DNA of 64,000 nucleotides from TPA_inf: Saccharomyces. Lineage: Eukaryota. The notes under the pieces are model-generated. The model saw only the letters and a program-made list of their open reading frames with translations, did not search any database and was not told the DNA's origin. This document shows, piece after piece, positions 56,955 through 64,000 of the stretch. The position numbers and the translations under genes are program-made. Positions within the stretch are counted from its first letter, which is position 1. Every line of letters starts with the position of its first letter. Location: the NCBI GenBank assembly GCA_000146045.2, contig BK006945.2:672001-736000 (forward strand), read 5' to 3'.

Positions 56955-58301
56955 ATGCTTTCGCTTAAAACGTTACTGTGTACGTTGTTGACTGTGTCAT
57001 CAGTACTCGCTACCCCAGTCCCTGCAAGAGACCCTTCTTCCATTCAATTTGTTCATGAGGAGAACAAGAAAAGATACTACGATTATGACCACGGTTCCCT
57101 CGGAGAACCAATCCGTGGTGTCAACATTGGTGGTTGGTTACTTCTTGAACCATACATTACTCCATCTTTGTTCGAGGCTTTCCGTACAAATGATGACAAC
57201 GACGAAGGAATTCCTGTCGACGAATATCACTTCTGTCAATATTTAGGTAAGGATTTGGCTAAAAGCCGTTTACAGAGCCATTGGTCTACTTTCTACCAAG
57301 AACAAGATTTCGCTAATATTGCTTCCCAAGGTTTCAACCTTGTCAGAATTCCTATCGGTTACTGGGCTTTCCAAACTTTGGACGATGATCCTTATGTTAG
57401 CGGCCTACAGGAATCTTACCTAGACCAAGCCATCGGTTGGGCTAGAAACAACAGCTTGAAAGTTTGGGTTGATTTGCATGGTGCCGCTGGTTCGCAGAAC
57501 GGGTTTGATAACTCTGGTTTGAGAGATTCATACAAGTTTTTGGAAGACAGCAATTTGGCCGTTACTACAAATGTCTTGAACTACATATTGAAAAAATACT
57601 CTGCGGAGGAATACTTGGACACTGTTATTGGTATCGAATTGATTAATGAGCCATTGGGTCCTGTTCTAGACATGGATAAAATGAAGAATGACTACTTGGC
57701 ACCTGCTTACGAATACTTGAGAAACAACATCAAGAGTGACCAAGTTATCATCATCCATGACGCTTTCCAACCATACAATTATTGGGATGACTTCATGACT
57801 GAAAACGATGGCTACTGGGGTGTCACTATCGACCATCATCACTACCAAGTCTTTGCTTCTGATCAATTGGAAAGATCCATTGATGAACATATTAAAGTAG
57901 CTTGTGAATGGGGTACCGGAGTTTTGAATGAATCCCACTGGACTGTTTGTGGTGAGTTTGCTGCCGCTTTGACTGATTGTACAAAATGGTTGAATAGTGT
58001 TGGCTTCGGCGCTAGATACGACGGTTCTTGGGTCAATGGTGACCAAACATCTTCTTACATTGGCTCTTGTGCTAACAACGATGATATAGCTTACTGGTCT
58101 GACGAAAGAAAGGAAAACACAAGACGTTATGTGGAGGCACAACTAGATGCCTTTGAAATGAGAGGGGGTTGGATTATCTGGTGTTACAAGACAGAATCTA
58201 GTTTGGAATGGGATGCTCAAAGATTGATGTTCAATGGTTTATTCCCTCAACCATTGACTGACAGAAAGTATCCAAACCAATGTGGCACAATTTCTAACTA
58301 A
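56955..58301 (+). CDS. EXG1: Exo-1,3-beta-glucanase Exg1 (GH5), 448 aa.
   Basis: Signal peptide. GH5 catalytic motifs, including IELINEP. Confidence 0.95.
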
Positions 58302-58824
58302 GTCGCCCTCAGTCCGCTCATTTTAGCTGAATTTTCTAATGTTATTTTTCATCAGCAAAACTTAACAGAACGTTAATTTATCTACCCCTTTTAGTTCATT
58401 ATCTCTTTTTTATCCAACATTTTACAGAGATCTCTCACTTAAGTCTAAGTAAAGACATTATTTTATATGGTACACTTATAGAATATACGATAATAATAAT
58501 AAAAACTATGTAACATAACCTTCAGAATTTAATATTAGTTTCCTTTTTACCTCATTGCACTAATAAAAAAATTCTACAGAATCTCCGAAAAAGAAAATCC
58601 AGCTTACTCTTTTTGTTTTCTTCTTCACACGTGAGCTTTTCCGCCGGCATACGTTCCGTTCCGTGTCGTCTTGCATAAAATTTCCGAATCACATGTTCGT
58701 AAAACAACCGGAAGTGCCCCGAATATAAAGTCAATTCTCACCGCTGTTGTAACTGGAGCTTTAAGGTGTTATCTAAGGAAGGATAAAAGAACTTAAACAA
58801 CAACAAACAAAAAATTAAGTTACA

Positions 58825-59559
58825 ATGCCAGCATTATTAAAAAGATTATTGTTTCAAGTGGGTCCTCATCCAAACGAAAGAACATTCACCTTATCCTCTG
58901 TTTCAACTGATGGGCACTATATTTCCTTGAGACCATTTGTTAAGCCAAGCGGTGATGAGTTATCTTTTCCTTTCGAATGGGCCTTTGCCGGTACAAACGA
59001 AACAGTTAAAGCTAATGATCAAGGAAACGGTGTCGTTACTCAAGATTTCAATTTCTGGTTGGATACAAATGTGTACTTGAACGTTCCAAACACCCATCGT
59101 GGCGAAGTGAACACCACTTGGAAAAATTGGGATTCTGGTTGTGTCGAGGAAACAGGCGCTGTTTACCCATTCGGTGCCGACAAAGAAAGCGTCTCTTTCA
59201 GAGAATTGTGGCAACCAGTTGACCCATCAAGAGAAGATCTAGTCATCGTCTCACCAAACAATGAGAAGTTCTCGTCGAATGCTAGGTCAATTGTCCTCAA
59301 AGTTACTGACGAAGCTTATGATGGTTTGGTTATTGTTATTGGTAGATGGATTCAAGGGTTTTTGTCCCAAAAGAATAATAACACTATTGAAGGCTTGAAC
59401 TTCATCAGATTACTTGAAAAAGATTCAGGTAAATCTGAGTTCTTATTAAGCTACGGTAAGGAAGTAAACAAAATTCCACAAAGCTACGAAAATTTGAAGA
59501 AAGGTTCCACTGTAACCAGCAATGGGTTGAACTGGGAAGTTATTGAATATCACGCTTAA
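58825..59559 (+). CDS. HRI1: Hri1 (Hrr25-interacting protein), 244 aa.
   Basis: Size and position (YLR301W) match. Adjacent to the tRNA-Leu/delta locus upstream of MET17. Confidence 0.8.
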   Translation: MPALLKRLLFQVGPHPNERTFTLSSVSTDGHYISLRPFVKPSGDELSFPFEWAFAGTNETVKANDQGNGVVTQDFNFWLDTNVYLNVPNTHRGEVNTTWKNWDSGCVEETGAVYPFGADKESVSFRELWQPVDPSREDLVIVSPNNEKFSSNARSIVLKVTDEAYDGLVIVIGRWIQGFLSQKNNNTIEGLNFIRLLEKDSGKSEFLLSYGKEVNKIPQSYENLKKGSTVTSNGLNWEVIEYHA

Positions 59560-59667
59560 TAAAGGAGAATAAATCGTTTTCTACTTTCTTCTGCTGCTAT
59601 AATAAGCACCTATGGGATCTATATAGTATTTTTATAACGATAGACTTTATAAAAGAAAATACCTAAG

Positions 59668-60000
59668 TGAAAATTTGGTGAATTTTGAGATAATTGTTGG
59701 GATTCCATTTTTAATAAGGCAATAATATTAGGTATGTAGAATATACTAGAAGTTCTCCTCGAGGATTTAGGAATCCATAAAAGGGAATCTGCAATTCTAC
59801 ACAATTCTATAAATATTATTATCATCGTTTTATATGTTAATATTCATTGATCCTATTACATTATCAATCCTTGCGTTTCAGCTTCCACTAATTTAGATGA
59901 CTATTTCTCATCATTTGCGTCATCTTCTAACACCGTATATGATAATATACTAGTAACGTAAATACTAGTTAGTAGATGATAGTTGATTTTTATTCCAACA
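59668..60000 (-). mobile_element. Solo Ty1 delta LTR (about 333 bp), minus orientation, about 90 bp from the 5-prime end of tRNA-Leu.
   Basis: Matches the canonical delta end to end (reverse complement): tgaaaatttggtgaattttgagataattgttgggattccatttttaataaggcaataatattaggtatgtagaatatactagaagttctcctcgaggatttaggaatccataaaag...gtaaatactagttagtagatgatagttgatttttattccaaca. Terminal TG...CA. Confidence 0.85.
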
Positions 60001-60089
60001 CTAAGAAATAATTTCGCCATTTCTTGAATGTATTTAAAGATATTTAATGCTATAATAGACATTTAAATCCAATTCTTCCAACATACAAT

Positions 60090-60190
60090 GGGAGTTTGGC
60101 CGAGTGGTTTAAGGCGTCAGATTTAGGTGGATTTAACCTCTAAAATCTCTGATATCTTCGGATGCAAGGGTTCGAATCCCTTAGCTCTCA
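60090..60190 (+). tRNA. tL(UAG): tRNA-Leu (anticodon UAG) with an intron of about 19 nt in the anticodon loop, about 101 nt.
   Basis: GGGAGTTTGGCCGAGTGGTTTAAGGCGTCAGATTTAGG[intron]TCTCTGATATCTTCGGATGCAAGGGTTCGAATCCCTTAGCTCTCA. Long variable arm, T-loop GTTCGAATC. Confidence 0.85.
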
Positions 60191-60216
60191 TTATTTTTTG
60201 CTTTTTCTCTTGAGGT

Positions 60217-60273
60217 CACATGATCGCAAAATGGCAAATGGCACGTGAAGCTGTCGATATTGGGGAACTGTGG
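60217..60273. promoter_or_regulatory. MET-regulon promoter elements upstream of MET17: a Cbf1 site CACGTGA (60242-60248), a near-match TCACATGA (60217-60224), and a Met31/Met32 core AACTGTGG (60266-60273).
   Basis: Exact matches to the Cbf1/Met4-Met28 and Met31/32 motifs, about 270-300 bp upstream of the MET17 ATG. Confidence 0.65.
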
Positions 60274-60430
60274 TGGTTGGCAAATGACTAATTAAGTTAG
60301 TCAAGGCGCCATCCTCATGAAAACTGTGTAACATAATAACCGAAGTGTCGAAAAGGTGGCACCTTGTCCAATTGAACACGCTCGATGAAAAAAATAAGAT
60401 ATATATAAGGTTAAGTAAAGCGTCTGTTAG

Positions 60431-61876
<1,446 letters not shown>

Positions 61877-62377
61877 GTGTGCGTAATGAGTTGTAAAATT
61901 ATGTATAAACCTACTTTCTCTCACAAGTACTATACTTTTATAAAACGAACTTTATTGAAATGAATATCCTTTTTTTCCCTTGTTACATGTCGTGACTCGT
62001 ACTTTGAACCTAAATTGTTCTAACATCAAAGAACAGTGTTAATTCGCAGTCGAGAAGAAAAATATGGTGAACAAGACTCATCTACTTCATGAGACTACTT
62101 TACGCCTCCTATAAAGCTGTCACACTGGATAAATTTATTGTAGGACCAAGTTACAAAAGAGGATGATGGAGGTTTCTTTACAATAAAGAAGCACATGTGT
62201 GTTAACGTTTTTAGTATTTGCTTGTTATGTAAATCAGGAAAACTTCGCGGGATTTGGTTGGATGCTACTTTCCATACAATAAATATTATAGATCTAAAAA
62301 GCCAAATTACAAGTAAAGATTAGTAAAGCTGTTGGAATTCCATCGTTGATAAAAATGTTAGTTATTAAATATAAAAG

Positions 62378-62671
62378 TCAGAATAGGTGAACTTGGATTT
62401 AATTGTTGGCATTTCGTTGCTGCTAGAGGCCATAATATTAGATAGCCAGGACATACTAGTTCTCCTCGTGGTATAGGAATCCATAAAATGGAATTGGTGA
62501 TTCTATGTGATATATTCACATTCTTACTACATTATCAATCCTTGCACTTCAGCTTCCTCTAACCTCGATGACATCTTCTCATAACTTATGTCATCATCTA
62601 ACGCCGTCTATTATAATATATTGATAGTATAAGTATTAGTTGATAGACAATAGTGGATTTTTATTCCAACA
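62378..62671 (-). mobile_element. Diverged solo delta-type LTR (about 294 bp), minus orientation, about 130 bp upstream of tRNA-Ile.
   Basis: ggtgaacttggatttaattgttggcatttcg...ctagttctcctcgtggtataggaatccataaaatgg...tattagttgatagacaatagtggatttttattccaaca is collinear with the reverse-complement delta, at about 75 percent identity. Confidence 0.7.
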
Positions 62672-62801
62672 GTGTCTTTGTTCGTCTCAGATATAGTCGG
62701 ATTGCCCTTTTAAGCAATCAATAGTGTTTTATTTGCAACAATGTCGTCATAGTTTAATATGTCCTATAAGATGTTAACTTGCTCAACATTCAACAAAGTT
62801 T

Positions 62802-62875
62802 GGTCTCTTGGCCCAGTTGGTTAAGGCACCGTGCTAATAACGCGGGGATCAGCGGTTCGATCCCGCTAGAGACCA
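62802..62875 (+). tRNA. tI(AAU): tRNA-Ile (anticodon AAU), 74 nt, no intron.
   Basis: GGTCTCTTGGCCCAGTTGGTTAAGGCACCGTGCTAATAACGCGGGGATCAGCGGTTCGATCCCGCTAGAGACCA. Anticodon loop CTAATAA. Confidence 0.9.
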
Positions 62876-63211
62876 TTTATTTTTAAATTCGACCGTCTGA
62901 CAGACGGTGCACTTATTACTTAATTTTTTTTTTTTTTTAATCCTCGTTAAACTGAGTACATAATCAGCAACAATATAATATAAAAGTTTTGCTTTTTTAT
63001 GTACGTACAATAGGGGTACTTAAATAAATAAATAAACAATAAAACAATCAATAAATAAATAATATACGATCATAAATTACGAGATATATTTCATAGTCTT
63101 GACTTCTCCAGCCGAACGTCATTAAATTTAAGGCAGAAAAGATAAACAAGGGTACGGTGTACAGAAGACAAAATAAATAATAACCTTTAAAAGATTATAA
63201 CAATGTTTTCA

Positions 63212-64000
63212 TTATTTCTTCTCATCGGCCTTAATTTTATTTAAGGCAGAACCATATTTGAACCATTCAATTTGCTCATCGTTGAAAGTATGGGTCAACA
63301 CAGCATCCCATGGCTTACCATTCTTTGGATGAACTCTCATTGTTACAGGCTTACCTGGAGCCAATTCAGCTAGACCCAGAATATCGATTCTGTCATCAGG
63401 GTTGATCTTGTCATAGTCAGCTGGGTTCTTGAAGTTCAATGGCAATAGACCTTGTTTTTTCAAGTTAGTTTCATGGATACGAGCGAAAGACTTTGTGATG
63501 ATAGCGAAACCGCCCAAGAATCTTGGTTCCAAAGCAGCGTGTTCACGAGAGGAACCTTCACCAAAGTTTTCATCACCAATAACAACCCACTTGATACCTT
63601 GGTCTCTGTAATCTCTAGCAGTGTCTGGAACACCTTTGTATTCACCAGTATATACATTTTTAACACAGTTAGCCTTCTTGTTTTCAGCATTAATAGCACC
63701 AATCATATAGTTATTAGAAATGTTTTCTAAATGACCTCTGTATTTCAACCATGGACCAGCCATAGAAATATGATCAGTAGTTGTCTTACCGACGGCCTTA
63801 ATCAAGATTGGCATGTCTTTAGCATCCTTACCATCCCAAGGTTTGAATGGTTTCAACAGTTGTAGACGGTCTGAAGTTGGAGAAACTTTAACTTCAACGG
63901 TGCTACGGTCTGCAGGTGGAGCTTGGTAAGTGTTCTCACCAGCATCATAACCTCTTTGAGGCAAACCATCACCATGTGGTGGTTTCAACATGAACTCATT
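63212..64000 (-). CDS. ACO1: C-terminal part of mitochondrial aconitase Aco1. The 5-prime end lies beyond the window.
   Basis: Aconitase swivel-domain sequence ([23 protein letters not shown]...). The frame is open to the window edge. Confidence 0.9.
   Translation of the reverse strand, partial: NEFMLKPPHGDGLPQRGYDAGENTYQAPPADRSTVEVKVSPTSDRLQLLKPFKPWDGKDAKDMPILIKAVGKTTTDHISMAGPWLKYRGHLENISNNYMIGAINAENKKANCVKNVYTGEYKGVPDTARDYRDQGIKWVVIGDENFGEGSSREHAALEPRFLGGFAIITKSFARIHETNLKKQGLLPLNFKNPADYDKINPDDRIDILGLAELAPGKPVTMRVHPKNGKPWDAVLTHTFNDEQIEWFKYGSALNKIKADEKK

Overview
This window reads as a contiguous, gene-dense stretch of the Saccharomyces cerevisiae chromosome XII right arm, running from the C-terminal end of RED1 (YLR263W) to the C-terminal end of ACO1 (YLR304C). 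I identified it by recognising the translated ORFs and their order (RPS28B, NEJ1, PDR8, BOP2, SEC22, DCS1, YCS4, PIG1, MCM5, SMD2, DBP9, YSH1, ECI1, NNT1, CTS1, RPS30A, MEC3, GUF1, GCD7, SEC72, GSP1, ATP14, YHC1, ECM38, EXG1, HRI1, MET17, ACO1). No database search was run. I call about 37 protein-coding genes. Two of them, SMD2 and RPS30A, have 5-prime introns with tiny first exons that the ORF track cannot show. I also call three tRNA genes (Val-AAC, Leu-UAG with an intron, Ile-AAU), each with Ty long-terminal-repeat remnants beside it. The ORF track treats TTG, GTG and CTG as start codons, so I moved several gene starts to the first in-frame ATG (NEJ1, BOP2, PIG1, ECI1, YLR287C, GUF1, MET17, RED1). 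Coordinates I derived by hand-counting (introns, tRNAs, LTRs, motifs) carry about +/-2 nt uncertainty. Around 47400-47575 my hand count disagreed with the track by 1 nt (a 3-g run at the 47400/47401 line join and a 10-t run at about 47565-47574); I could not resolve it and used the track's coordinates for ORFs. I found no evidence of a novel multi-gene system; this is a normal yeast core-chromosome region. The most unusual local features are described in the findings. One is a GC-rich island around YLR281C, with a perfect 12-bp inverted repeat around an A/T tract at its stop codon. Another is the set of Ty LTR insertion hotspots next to the tRNA genes. There are also several clear cis-regulatory motifs (an a1-alpha2 operator at NEJ1, an early-cell-cycle box at MCM5, an oleate response element at ECI1, Ace2 sites at CTS1, and Cbf1/Met31 sites at MET17). 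YLR278C is Asn/Ser/Gln-rich, with cryptic trinucleotide repeats. Finally, the ATP14-YLR297W intergenic region is unusually long (about 1.7 kb) and contains a CGCG-rich block.
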